DNA of 64,000 nt, taken from NCBI RefSeq assembly GCF_000150275.1, contig NW_002060975.1, positions 204,993 through 268,992 on the forward strand, written 5' to 3'. How positions within the stretch are numbered: position 1 is the first letter of the stretch; every line of letters starts with the position of its first letter. The notes beneath the pieces were generated by a model. It searched no databases. It was not told the DNA's origin and worked only from the letters and a program-made list of their open reading frames with translations. Below, piece by piece: positions 24,137 through 36,478 of the stretch. This stretch comes from Trichoplax adhaerens. Lineage: Eukaryota > Animalia > Placozoa. The position numbers and the translations under genes were made by a program.

Positions 24137-27100
24137 GATCTTTAAATCGCTGTAGCTGCTACTAATCTGAAATAAATACACCGATGTCACAACGACAGAG
24201 ATTGAGATTAGATGCTCACTCTTGTTTTACAGTAATCAATTTATTAGAGAGTGAAAGAGCAAAAATGATTAGTAAATTTTACTGTTATTTCCTTTTATCA
24301 TATTTATAGTAATGCGTTTTATTACGCTCTAACTCTATTTCTAACGAATAATTTTCGACGTAGCAAAGTTAATAGAAACAAAATACTTACAGTAATGTCG
24401 TAAATCAACAGCAATATTAAAGAAATAAATAACAAAAAAATCCAATTTTCGTCTCCTATTTGATGATTGTACTATATGGTATGATGATTATAGGTTATAG
24501 CGAATTCCTTTAGCACGACGCTGTCATAATCAATAGTGAAATACAAACCATGCCAATCAATTTCTTACCTCCGATCAAGAAAGTACAATAGATTCATGAA
24601 ATATCGCTTCTTTTCGACGATATTTCATAACTATTTCATTAAGTAAGTTTGAAACCATGGCGAAGGTAAAGCAGAAATTGCATGCTCAGCTATTGTGTCA
24701 AATTTGAACAGTCAGGACAATATCAACTGATCAGGGTAATATTGTAGCTTATAACAAACTAGCCTAAATGATTTCATTTAACAAATAACAATACATTTTT
24801 GCTTGTCTTTGGTAAACATCTGGCAGTAATTAGAGATATAGAAATGGAAGTCATCATTATAATTAATGGTCATACTTGACAACTAGAATATAATGTAACT
24901 GTATTATCTTAATATTTCGTTATTCAAAGATAGACTGAATAGATAGGGATTGTTTTTTTAATAACATCCTTTAGGGTATCTGATTCATTATGAGTAACCA
25001 TGTAATCTGATTGATAATTCTTCGTTATTCATTCTCAAGTGAAGAAAATTCTTGGAAATTCTGTACGTATTAACTTATGACAGCAGTAGTAGGATTGACA
25101 GCATGACTACTTTTGATTAGTAGGCGAAGTAAGTAGGGCGAGAACGAATAGCACCATGTACTAGCAGGAATTAAACTTATTTCAGAGATAATATATTTAA
25201 CCTTCATTTTTGAGAGAATTTTAGTGGAATTCGTTAGTCGTTATAGATCTACTTAATTATTTATCACTATTTCTGTTTCGACTTCTGATCATTGCACTAG
25301 CTTATCTCTATATAGCACTCAGAATTTTCTGTTACCGATACATATCCTTAATGACGTCTAGCCCTATTTCTGTTTAACATCCTATATTTTATAGCATCAC
25401 GAGTTATGCATTTCGTTCGATAACAGTCGAGACATCGGCTATTTCAGTCTGTTAAATGAAAGTTATTTGAAAGTCGACTGTACCCTCCTTTATCACAGGT
25501 AAACTACAGTGCCCGATAGACAGTAAATACGCGTATTTAGAATAATAAACACCATTGGTCTGTGCATATTTGCTCAAATGGAATTTAAATTCATTATGGA
25601 TAAAGCGCTATTGATACTGTTGAGCTACATATTGGACTTGCAGACGAAGAAAACTCGAGTCATAATGTTTATTCGATCAAAAGTACAAGCATGTTTTACT
25701 ATTGATCAGTCAATATGGGATTTATTTTTAGAATATTTTGAGCTTAGAGTATATTTGTTAAAGCATATGGCAATCCTTGACTATCGTTATATTATTACAT
25801 AGCAGAAATAACTATATGCAATATCTTTGACATTGACTTTTCTAAAATGATTTTTCTTGGAAATTGCTTAATATCTATTCCTGTAGTAGAAAAGCACCAG
25901 ATGGAATGAAGTAAATAAGTATTAATTTTATTATTCACGCCGTAATAGGCACATTGGCATATTTCACAACAATTTGTGGTTCTTTCATAAGCTTCGAAAT
26001 AGAACTACATAATAAAGATTGAAATATATGCAATTGTTACGCAACATGAATGCTAGTCAAATTTTATTGTCTTCAGCAATAACTGTATACGACTCAATAA
26101 CTTAAGATGTTGTCATATAACGATATACTACTTGTGCCGCCGCCTAATATAATATGTCATTAATATACCAATTTTGGAATGGCACAGCTATGGCTCTGTG
26201 ATAAAATTGATCACGAAATTCCGGAATTTATCGAAAATTAGGATTTTATTAGATCTTTATACAAAGATACACCACAAACAGTTCTACTGTAACCAAATAC
26301 AACTACTAGAAAAGCTTTTAGAAAAATTTTCTAAATAGCCGAAAATGCCTTCTAATATACTTTTTGTAGCATTCACAGCTACATTCAGTATAGTAAAATT
26401 TTATCTTATTCTACAAATATTCAGATTTTTATGAGCAACATTTATGACAGCAAAAACAGAATCGCTATAGTTGAAATGATTGTCGTTTTGTAGTTGTACG
26501 GAAAAACTTAAAGATGCGCAGATGAATATGAAATCACGTGTCGAGAATATCATTCGTGCGCTTTTTTTCGCTCTTGCTGCACGAGAAAACATCCTTGAGA
26601 AATTAATTAATTATTACGTCATCAATGATATAATTTTTGTCGAATAATGAATCATACGTTAACACCTAGCCATTAATTAACTACTATTAAATGTCATTGA
26701 TAGTGTGTCGTGATTCTTGCTACATTTAGCATGTAGACTTGGCTATAAATTTATTATTGTTTTGCGCCAGCGAAGTTTGTGAGGCTATATAAAAGTCTTA
26801 AAGCTCTTAATTGTCGGAGTTGATAAGTTAGTTGATAACAGATGGTTACCAGCGGTTAGTAGTAGATTATAAGTTGTAAGTTCAATTAGTCATTTTAATA
26901 ATCAGATTTTAGAATAAAGTTTTGATTCTTAGAGTGAATATTCTATCGTCTAAGACTCAAATCTAAGTTTGTTAGATTAAAGAGTGATTAGGGTTAATTG
27001 TTTAGATAGTTAAGACTACTTTAGAGGAAAGAATCCCATTTATTTTTGTATTGCAATCTCGGTTAGGGCAATCCTTTCGTATTATGTTGTTATGATTTAA

Positions 27101-29169
27101 AAAATACGTTCTCAGAAACATACTAAACCGCTTCTTGATCATGTTAAAGTCGATTTCAGTCACCTCAACTTCACGTGCTTTCAAATTACAACAAGCACTT
27201 ACACTTTATATCTCGGTATTTTTAAAAAATATACCAGAACGCGACATTCGCATGATGATATTGTCTGGGCGGTTACAATCTAGAATTTATCGGCAGAGAA
27301 CCTAGTTACTGGAGATTCCAAATTGGTCAATTCGTCAGTAGTGAGATTGGTATAGATTACTTTGATCCACCGTAGTTTCATACATCTTGATTCATACCAG
27401 AACGAATCGATAGCAATATCACTCACAGGTAAAATAACAATCAGGATAAGGGCAGTGATTGCGATAACAATATGTTTGCAAACGCTTTAATGTAGCCTTA
27501 TGGCTATCATGAGGTGTAGTTACTTCGTGCTGCTCCTAGAAATGTTTGTCTTTCCAGTGTATTTTACCTAGAATTAATCTTCGTGCAGTAGATAGTTTAG
27601 GTAGAATGCAACATGATATATGGTTTGTATCTTCATGGTGAGTTCATTCATTGCATGTCCATGGTATACTATGTTATGTTCTATTACTCTCCGTATTAGG
27701 GATTATTACTGGTTATGTTCCTCATTTTAGGGATAATTACTGTAGCGAGATTATGTTTTAAAACATACTAGTACAAACTCCCGTCGCTTTGCTGACGGTT
27801 TACGATAATGTACCCATTTGTTAATAATTAACAGATAGTATTACCATTCAACATTATATATATACAGTATATCCCGGTAATGGCCAGGCACTACTATATT
27901 CACAACTATGCTTCTAGAATACTACTTTTCAATAATGCGTTCACGGATCAAACCTTATTATAGTCTTTGATAATAATTCGGCAATTATAATATCTGGCCT
28001 ACATATCCTAATGTGAAGAATAATGCTACTGGACAGATTAAAATTATATCAACCATTGCTGAGTAGTAATATTATGATTGAACACTCATTGGCAAGTTTA
28101 ATTTGCATGATTTTACAACATTTCATTAACATTCGATTACTCTATAACGCTGATTAGAATATTATTAATGTATTACAAAGGAACAATAAAAGTAGTATGA
28201 AAATTACTCCCTTACATATCTTTAATTCATAATGCAATAAACTTTATTTACTTTACGTTCGGAATTAAAGCATTACATTTTTGTGGCTGCAAAATGTGTT
28301 ATATAAACTGATATTTGCCTAAACGCTTTATTCTAAGTATAGTATTATAATCACTATTTCAATGTAAAGCTTCCCTATATACTACATTACGTGTCACTCG
28401 GCATATGCCATTATTGTAACCTGGCAAGTTACTGTTAACTCTATTATGGTGTAAAGAATTAATTTCCTTTCGATCAATAAACGCCTTTACATATTTACTG
28501 TTGTTGTGGTTTTATTAGCTTACCTTACAAATATAGAGTATTGATGTATTAAATGTAACGATATAAAAAGGAGATACGATAGAGAAAAAGGGAGACTTCT
28601 GGACACGTTAAACTTGAAAAAAGTCATAAAGTTGCTCATTGGCAATTTGTTATTTGCTGTTACTCGTCGGTAACGTGAAAATATAAAGGAGATTTTTTTT
28701 AAGTTCAACTTGTAGTCGAGACAGTATACCTACTCCCTTAGGAAGATTTATTGTCAAATATACATTTTTAGTGCTACCATCAGCTTTAATGGGAGGTCAT
28801 CCAAAGAAATTATCTCCAAAGCGGACTTCGTAATCAGAATATTGTGTAACTAGCCACTTCTCTAGCAGACTTTCCGAGCTCCTATTTTGTCGTCTAGAAT
28901 AAAGATTGCATCTTATGATATTACCATTATTAATGCTGTTGCTGCTAGTATTGAAACTGTAAACGGCAGAAGCTTCATCCGATGTCTTTGACAAGCATGG
29001 CGATGAATAACTTCGAACATACTGGAACATGTTGGAGGTTCGTGTAGCTCCGATCTTTTGTAACACTGAACATAAGTAGGTGTATATATGCTAGTATTAG
29101 AATGAAAATGAGTCTGCAGAAATTTTGAATTATTCAACCTCATTAGCCGTACCATTACCTAAAGTTATC

Positions 29170-29250
29170 AATTAATTTGGTTATTTATTTATTCCATATG
29201 ATTTATTTAATTTTATTTTGCTTATTTTATGTTTATTTTTATTTATGTTA
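29170..29250. repeat. Low-complexity (TTTA/TTTTA)n tract
   Basis: ttatttatttatt...ttttattttgcttattttatgtttatttttatttatgtta. Confidence 0.6.
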
Positions 29251-29825
29251 TCTGCACAGATTCATTTAGATAATAATAGAAAGTATTATGCCTCAAGGAA
29301 CGTGGGGCAACACTTTAATAATCATATGTTGTTTTAAGAGCAATTGCACTCGCACTTGTCACCATTGGACAATACAGTACATAAATTTTTATATTTTGTC
29401 CGGTGCCTAACCCTATCTCATAGATTAGCAGCAGCGGGAAACTTTTACGGTCTCACCTCGGACAAAACTTTAGGAATTGACTTGTGTTTTAAGGAGATAA
29501 AACACGTTATACCATCATCTGAACGAATCTTATGTAACTAATGGAAGAACAGTAGCTTTAGTACTCGACGAAATAGAAACCATGGCAAGTCGGATGGCTA
29601 AATCCAATCTCTTATTCATTCTATTGCACCTGAGCTGGTCTCATTTTGTAGTCAACTCGATTGCCGCTTGCACAATGAATCTTTTCCTCTTTTAAGTTCT
29701 TAAATGTGTGTTTGAATTTGATTTCGATGTGACAATGTCAAAATATTACTAATACATCAAATTGTCCTGTTCAAGGTAAGAAAACTCGTTATAATGTGTA
29801 GTGCTTGAATTTTACAATTCCTTAG

Positions 29826-31220
29826 GTTCACAATCGTTTAACTCAAAATCTGAGATATTAAAATTGAGCAAATTTCTAACGTGACACAAAATCAACAGAA
29901 GCACTTATTGGGAGAAGACGTTTCGCCAAGCCCATTTCATGTTACCTACTTGGTCCATACCTCTTAATGCGACCGTTTTTCTCCATCATGTCCTCTGACA
30001 ATTTTTTACACAGAATTTTAATCGATAAACTGCTGATCATCCAGCCACTTAAAATTCAGAAGACTGCCTCTTCTTGAACATTTATACTCCCACTACTCAT
30101 AGGAATGCACGATTATCAGTTACGGTTAGGACTTATGGACGGTCGTTTTTTTTCGGTGCAGGTGCAAACTTTGATGCCAATGTCTTAGTTGTAACAGAAA
30201 ATTTCGTCGTGGTAACCATTAATTATCCACTAGGAGCATTAGGCTTTTAGGAGAAATACATCCTAAATTGAAGTGAATCATTACTCACCCTAATTTAGGT
30301 CTTAATGATCAACAGCTAGCTCTGAAAAATACGGAAGATGCTACTCTTATTTTTAACCGATTAGTGAATAAGACCAACTGTGCTTGACGATCTATGAGAA
30401 GAAGTTTGAGATGTTTAAGAATGTTACCGTATGAAACTATTTTAACCCAACAAAATGTTATATTAGGTGAAACCGTTCTAGCTTTTATACCAATTGGTAA
30501 TACAGATCTAATTCCAGGTCATCCCATAGAATTACTTGATGAAGTTAAAGCTTTAAACATCACTACCTTTTTTGGAACATGTAAAGACGTTGGATCGTTA
30601 TACTTAATATTACAACCTGGATTCGATTTTAAAGTTAATGGGGCATTTTTCAAAGTTGCTATTGCTTTTATGTTTGATGGTTTCATTCCCATAGCAAAAA
30701 AAGCCGTCATATTCCAATATACAGTACTGACTGGGTAAATATAACACAGCCTGTTTTGAATGATCGATGCCTATAGATATTTACGAGGATTACTTGTTTT
30801 TGGCTCCTGCTACATATTGTGCAACTCAATTATCACGCCATGATATACAAACTTATATATATATGAGTTTTCTCGTAGGATAGTTAAGTCAGGTTATTTT
30901 ACAGAACCAGCTAGGGTTGCTGAAACTATAGAATTACCCTATGTCTTTGGTCATTCGTTTGAAAACTATATTTTAATAGAGATATATTTACTTTAGAAGA
31001 TCATCAAGTTTCATTGGATATTATGAATCGATGTGGTAATATAATGCGGACTGGGAATCCAAACGGTCTTAATACTAATGATGTAGTCTGGCCTCAATTT
31101 GATAGTGATACTTTTCGATATTGTGTGTTTCACTTTAATCCATCTATTAGGCATCATTTAAAAAGTAACAACACGCAATTTTGGAATCGCTTTAAACCAG
31201 CATTGCTTGATGCTGTTTAA
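29826..31220 (+). pseudogene. Type-B carboxylesterase/cholinesterase-family pseudogene
   Basis: Motifs in the expected order across several frames: IGRRRFAKP, WSIPLNATVFSPSCP, SEDCLFLNIYTP (30056-30091), VVVTINYPLGALGF* (TAG 30248-30250), NLGLNDQQLALK, CLRMLP, DYLFLAPA, YIYEF, ELPYVFG, TGNPN..WPQFD. There are in-frame stops and frameshifts, and no GESAG. Confidence 0.9.
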
Positions 31221-34200
31221 CCAAAATAAACCAATGATGAACATTAAAAATTTTTGTACTAGCATTAACTTACCAGTACTGAGAATTAATATCGTAGCTA
31301 TCGTATCAATGTAACTGATAGGAATGCAATCTCTTTCGTAAAGATAAAATAATTCGAAATAAAGTTCTCGTGTTAATATGTATTCTTTCTCAATGCTTCA
31401 GTAAATTTATATTTGACAAAGCCTTCAGTATATGTGATTGCATTTGCGATTATTGTAGGTTCAATTTGAAGACGAAGTACATCTAATTTTTATAGTTCAG
31501 GTTACAGTTTTAGACTTATGATGACAATTGATTACATTTATTCTAGCAGATGATTATATGAATGGACATACAGTAGCCTAGCCATCTCGAGTTAGTCAGT
31601 AAACATCCATAACTATAACTATAACTATTTCTCTGTTAATTTGGCTATTAAATACGACTTAACTGTTAGAATCTTAAGACAATATACATTAGATACATAA
31701 TACAGATTTATACAGTACCATTGGAGGACTAGTATGATACACTATTCGATAAATACGCACGTTGTTTTATCCAATTACTTCATGTTAAATCTTAGCTTGT
31801 ATAAATGAGCATCGGACGAGTAAATTAATCCATTCAGTATTACACGCAAGTAATACCAACAATTAAATCATTATCATCGAACACAGTATAAACTTGTTGA
31901 TATTATTGTACTCTACTGTTAAGCAATCTATTCCAAGAAACACATAGATATTGGCTCTACTATTATTCGTGTAATAATATTTCAAAATTTATCTATATTT
32001 CATTTTGGAAAGACTGCATTATCACTACCACTCCAATCTCTTCAAGATATACGAATAAGTCATACCTGAATGTTGCATCATAAATATCACGATTGTATTT
32101 ACATAAGGTCTATTTAGTGTTTATTAAAGGTAGCAGTTATTAACTGAGCAAGGGAAAATCTACTATAGCGCTAAAACTTTGTAATGAAATGAAAAGTGTA
32201 AAGATCAAGCTACAAAACTTTAATAAACTTAGATTCTACTTCCGTTGCACTCCGGTCCATTTAACAAAACTTTGACACCAAATAAAATTTAGGGAAATAA
32301 TCGATCAACAATTTATTACAAAAAATGGAGAGAAGTATACAGTAAACCAAACAACCTTACAAATACTTAACATTAAGCATTAATAGAATAAGTGACAGAC
32401 TTAAAAACTGTCAACAACCAAACAACCTTTCAAAAAGAAGAACGTTTTAACTTACGACAATTCGAACCCGAAGGCCTTTTAAACTCAACAAGTTCATCAA
32501 AAGAATCTTCTTCTACTCTCTCTCTTAAATTTTCCAATTGCACTATCATTTATAGGCTTCGAAGAGCCGTCAGAGGTATTTAAAACTAAACATTTTCTAA
32601 CCAATTGCTCCTAAGATTCATTTTAGAAAACTACTTTGCACCATTTAAGAAAACAAAAATCATTCAAAGTTCAGACACAATTTACCCTATGATTCGCTTA
32701 CAAAACACTAAAACCAACAAGTTAACTATAAAATACGTCAAACTTCACTTCTAATATAATTTCTATCATTAATACATTATAAAAGTCTAAAAATTAACCT
32801 TTAAACATCAAGATTTACTCATATAAATAACAGTCTAACTACTTAACAATCAACACAACCTCTACCAATTTCCATCTTATTTTCTATTTTCCTAACTAAA
32901 CTTTCCTAATGTGATGTCACGCTATAAAATTCCAAAGTTTCAAATTTATAACAAAAGTCCAAATTTCAAAAATCAACTCTTACGATATTTTCCATAAACT
33001 AAAATCCAAAAATTAATACAGGAAAATTATATCGGATATAAATCCGACCAGTTCCGGAATCCGAATCCGAAAAATCTGGATTTTATAAAGATCACAGTAA
33101 TTACTTATCAAGAAATTTCATATGACTACTACGACTACTTTTCTGACATTAGTATCGCTTAGTATTGACTGTTGATGTTTTAGCGTCAGGTTGTACAGTA
33201 ACTGTACGATTATAGACTACATTACAGTACTTTACTGTCATGTTATAAATCCCCTTTCTCTATGGATAGGGTTTTGTTACTAAGTCAAATTCATTTACAA
33301 TTTGAATAGACTATCAAACTCCCTTTCTTTAGATTAGGCAATTGCTCTAGGGCTACTTCTATAGCAATCTATATAATACCTTGTAAAATAATAAAGAAGA
33401 AAAGATGGCGACTTGATGATTTGGCAGGGTAAAACTTAAAGACATTATCACTTTATAGGTATTTTCTATAGTAAAATAATACTAGTTACATACTAAAAGC
33501 TATAAAGGACTCTACTTTTAGTCCTTTACTACAACTTGACTGTCCTTTCAATTCTGTTAATGCCAGAAAGGCTGCCCACTATCCGAAATTTTGCCAAAAT
33601 TACGGTAGTCTCTCTAATGTAACTTTTCGTATTTTAGTGTATAAGATATATCGCTTTGTAATAAATAGGTTTTATTGTCGTTAATTCATAATCTACGAAC
33701 TTGAAATTTGAGTGTATAAGAAAAACCAAGTTCCTAAAGAGTTACAAAGCGCACAGTTGCTACAATTAGCAGTAATCGCTAAATATATATTATAATTCTT
33801 TTTAGGACATTATGTCTCAGGTTTTTTAATTTCTTTCCAAAGTTAATAAATACAATTAATTCTGTCACTTATGTGTGCATGTTGGTACAATGTTATTCCG
33901 AACATCACTTTCGCTAAATATTACATCTGTCAATTTTTTTATTTCGTTATTCTTTTTTGCTTCGATATGAAAAAGTATTTTAACAATAGTAAATAGTTGG
34001 TTTCTTGCACCTGCTATACGTCAAACAGCAATGATTCATAGCCGCTGTATCGTTAAATCTAATATTTTTACATTAATGAAATGTTCAAAGTAATAATTTT
34101 ATCACTATATTTTATAGATTAGGGGGTTACTAAAGGCACATAAATCATAATTCAGTTGCCTGCGAAGAACTGTTAGAGCAATACTTCAAAGAGCCCAATC

Positions 34201-35446
34201 AAATGAGCTGAAATATTGCCAATAGTTCGACTAACTTATTCCTACGTATATATTAATATGGAGCTTGATAGAATTAATTTTATAATCTGATCGAATTACC
34301 TGAAGCCTAATAATATTTGCTTTTGCGATAGAATTTTTCACTAACTTATTCTCATAGTAATCTAATTCTCACAAAACAACGGTCCATGTTTAAGTAGAAT
34401 TTATAAAAAGTCTTTTATTATAGAATTTTAGAAAGGTAGAAATTAAATACGGTAATTAGTTATTTAAACAATCCAAGAGATCCATGAATGCTAATAAATA
34501 ACGAGATCGTATCTGTAGCTCATAAATGCGTATTTAGCTCAATTTCTTTACGACGACAGGGCTGATGACAATCGCACTTGAATATTTCACAGAGCACTAT
34601 TCCTCCGATGGATAATTAATATATCCTACCATACGAATCTACCCACTTATTATACGCTTAATTTACTTCCTTAATATGCAACACAATAAGGGGTTGGGAA
34701 TCTTCACGGATACAGTACATCAATTTAGACAGACCATGTACCAACTTATATAATTGGCTATTATTAACAAACAACAATCACTAATATTGGCAATTAATAC
34801 TTTTTTAAAATATCACACAATAACATTTTAGTAAAGTAACTCAACTATGTTAGGTATAGCAATCAGTAAAATCTAGTATCCATATACAGCTTTGATTATT
34901 TATTGACTACTAACAAAAACGATTAGGTAGATACATAAGCATAGTGGTGTACGTATCATCCTGTTGTATATATGGTGTTAATTTAGAGAAAAAAGTGTAA
35001 TTGGTTAATTAAATATTCTTATCAGTCTTGATTACTGTAAATTGATGTCCTGAGATGATATTATTTTCGTAATATTTATCAAATCCTAGCAAAATTCGGT
35101 ACGGCAGTAAATCTGGTATGAGACAATTTCTACTTATTTAATTGTTTAGCGACAAAATAATTTCCATTGTAAGTTAGCCTTATAAATATGATCATGCATA
35201 GTTATTCTTCCGAATTTACTTACATATAAGTTATAGAGCAACTATTAAGATTTCAATAATTTTTCCTAAATTTACTTCATTCTTTTCATAAATGCGTCAT
35301 ACTCTGTATCAACAATACCAAACGTAGATTGATATATTCGTGTAGCGTACCTCGCACACATCTAGGCGTAATTTTGACTATAATTAAGTAGAATTAGTAT
35401 TATATCTCGACTTTATCAAGAATTTGTACGAGTATATATTTGAAAA

Positions 35447-36478
35447 TCAGAGTCTGGTAGAAAACAAATTGGTAGGTTCGGCAGAAGTGACATGAACTAA
35501 ACGATGTTTTCTGCTGTAATTGTGAAAGGGTTGTAATTTTCTAATTAGAGCCAATGATCTGTTCCTCACATTTAAATCAAACTTTAAATATATAAACGGA
35601 TTGAGAATAACAATTGATGTTGTTATTGTCACACTAAAAAATGAAAATAAAAAGTGGACAATATTACTGTCACGAATCATCAACGTTGATTGCTGAGTAA
35701 CCGCCATGCCGAAAATTGTAGCAAAGAATGGCCAACTAATCATCACGTAGGACACGGATATCCAAGTTAACATTTTCATAAATCGCTTCTTTTTAATTTG
35801 TTCAGCTACAATTTGCTTTTTAATACTTTCTCCAGGTCGTTGATATGATTTTTGAAAGGATATAATACGACCATAGATTAATAATATTAATATAGTTGGG
35901 ATAATAAATGATATAGTGGCATGAGCTACTAAGTAGACTGAAACTGATGTAGTAATATTTGGGATATCACAGAGTAAATTATCACTATGGTGAACGGAAA
36001 CATAATCTAAGATGGGAGCATTAGTAGCTACAGCACTAATCCATATTGCTATTTCGCCTAATACAAGCACATAAATCTTATAATTGCGATAAAATAATGA
36101 TAGTGGCTTAATAATGATAAAATAGCGATCGATACCAATTAAGCATAAATTCATCATGGAAACTCCAAATGATGCAAATAGAAAAAATAATACCATACGA
36201 CACATGAATGCACCTCCATTATAATCCAGATTTCGATTAGCGATTTGAATATAACCAGCTAATGATGCCATTGTCGATACAATATCAGATATAACCGAAA
36301 TGCACATTAATTTATATGTCGTCTTCCGAAAATGTTTATCGAACAGAAATAGATAAAGGATAAACAAGTTGATGATTAATCCAAATATAAAGATTGGAAT
36401 ACCAACTACAGCAGCATATTGATATATTTGTGCTGATAAATTATATTTAAAGTTATCATTTCTTGAGGTATTACTCAT
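35447..36478 (-). CDS. Single-exon class A orphan GPCR, array member 2
   Basis: 7TM, IDRY, CDIP, SWPFF, NPFIY; ATG at 36478 (MSNTS). Confidence 0.94.
   Translation of the reverse strand: MSNTSRNDNFKYNLSAQIYQYAAVVGIPIFIFGLIINLFILYLFLFDKHFRKTTYKLMCISVISDIVSTMASLAGYIQIANRNLDYNGGAFMCRMVLFFLFASFGVSMMNLCLIGIDRYFIIIKPLSLFYRNYKIYVLVLGEIAIWISAVATNAPILDYVSVHHSDNLLCDIPNITTSVSVYLVAHATISFIIPTILILLIYGRIISFQKSYQRPGESIKKQIVAEQIKKKRFMKMLTWISVSYVMISWPFFATIFGMAVTQQSTLMIRDSNIVHFLFSFFSVTITTSIVILNPFIYLKFDLNVRNRSLALIRKLQPFHNYSRKHRLVHVTSAEPTNLFSTRL

Noticed and set aside
26706-27246. Second solo LTR candidate (TGTCGTG...CGCGACA, TATA-like ggctatataaaag, AATAAA about 26913)
   Set aside because: Flanks (tagtg / ttcgc) are not a target-site duplication and I saw no PBS or PPT; it needs copy-number evidence
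27250-28150. Hydrophobic broken frames on the minus strand (IVIAITALILIVILP; CPVALFFTLGYVGQI; SSAWPL), possibly an older GPCR relic
   Set aside because: Motif order and similarity are too weak to tell apart from AT-rich noise by eye
28797-29155. Two overlapping minus-strand ORFs (89 and 80 aa)
   Set aside because: No recognisable domain or consistent exon chain
29826-31220. Interpreting the esterase pseudogene as a retrocopy
   Set aside because: No poly(A) tail or target-site duplication, and a possible short intron (29776-29825) follows a putative leader exon
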